Of a DNA stretch of 18,918 nt, positions 18,637 through 18,918 are shown in pieces. A program made the position numbers and the translations under genes. The stretch spans positions 1-18,918 of the forward strand of contig CAYWGS010000022.1 in assembly GCA_964457525.1 (NCBI GenBank). Direction: 5' to 3'. The DNA is from an uncultured Erysipelotrichaceae bacterium. GTDB lineage: Bacteria > Bacillota_I > Bacilli_A > Erysipelotrichales > Erysipelotrichaceae. Every line of letters starts with the position of its first letter. The stretch's first letter is position 1. The notes under the pieces were generated by a model. The model was given only the letters and a program-made list of their open reading frames with translations. It did no database searches and was not told the origin of the DNA.

Positions 18637-18665
18637 AAAAGGAATTCTTTATAGGAATTCCTTTT
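18637..18665. terminator. Bidirectional rho-independent terminator between eno and the convergent downstream ORF
   Basis: AAAAGGAATTC-TTTATAG-GAATTCCTTTT is a perfect 11-bp stem with a 7-nt loop. The A4 and T4 arms give a U-tract in either direction. Confidence 0.8.
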
Positions 18666-18680
18666 AGTTTGTCATATAGA

Positions 18681-18918
18681 TTAAGGGTATATTTCTTTCG
18701 TATTATTTCGATCAAATAGTTTTACAGATTTAACTTGTGTTAGATCATCCTTAATCGTAAGTGTAACTGGATACGGATCACCACTTACCATAGACTCATA
18801 ACAGGTAATTATTAGTGTTTCATTCACGATCGAATATTCGTACTTCTCTAACTTATAAGCGGGATTATTTGAACCCATAATGGTAAGTCTAAATTCGTTT
18901 GAATCAATCGAAAGTCCA
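18681..18918 (-). CDS. 3' portion of an unidentified protein; ORF is open to the right window edge
   Basis: The track starts this ORF at ATG 18878. The same frame stays open upstream to base 18917 (GLSIDSNEFRLTI-MGSNNPAYK...), so the true start probably lies outside the window. No family recognised. Confidence 0.45.
   Translation of the reverse strand, partial: GLSIDSNEFRLTIMGSNNPAYKLEKYEYSIVNETLIITCYESMVSGDPYPVTLTIKDDLTQVKSVKLFDRNNTKEIYP

Overview
This AT-rich window uses the standard genetic code (TGA ends the GNAT and pgk ORFs). It looks like core chromosome of a low-GC Firmicute, Erysipelotrichia-like or Acholeplasma-like organism, not an accessory or defence island. I saw no CRISPR array, transposase, integrase, tRNA or rRNA.

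Left arm, minus strand:
- cutC.
- A 694-aa GH13 enzyme resembling the Thermotoga maltosyltransferase subfamily, preceded by two cre-like boxes.
- A GNAT acetyltransferase.
- A membrane sensor with a periplasmic SBP_bac_3 domain, a degenerate GGDEF motif (HGGEF) and an intact EAL domain.

Right arm, plus strand:
- A tightly packed five-gene unit with junctions of -8, +3, -8 and +3 nt: an exported or anchored MalE-fold protein, a 12-TM MFS permease, ung, folC and an enlarged FolT-like ECF S-component.
- A terminator, then glgC-glgD-glgA.
- A terminator, a perfect TGTGA-N6-TCACA box and a near-consensus sigma-A promoter, then pgk-tpiA-eno without gapA or gpmI.

Both window edges cut through unidentified ORFs.

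The best candidate for something undescribed is the MalE-type solute-binding-like protein translationally coupled to an MFS permease, with no ABC components in the window. A G7 tract sits at its 5' end. All family assignments come from reading motifs by eye and need HMM or structure confirmation.
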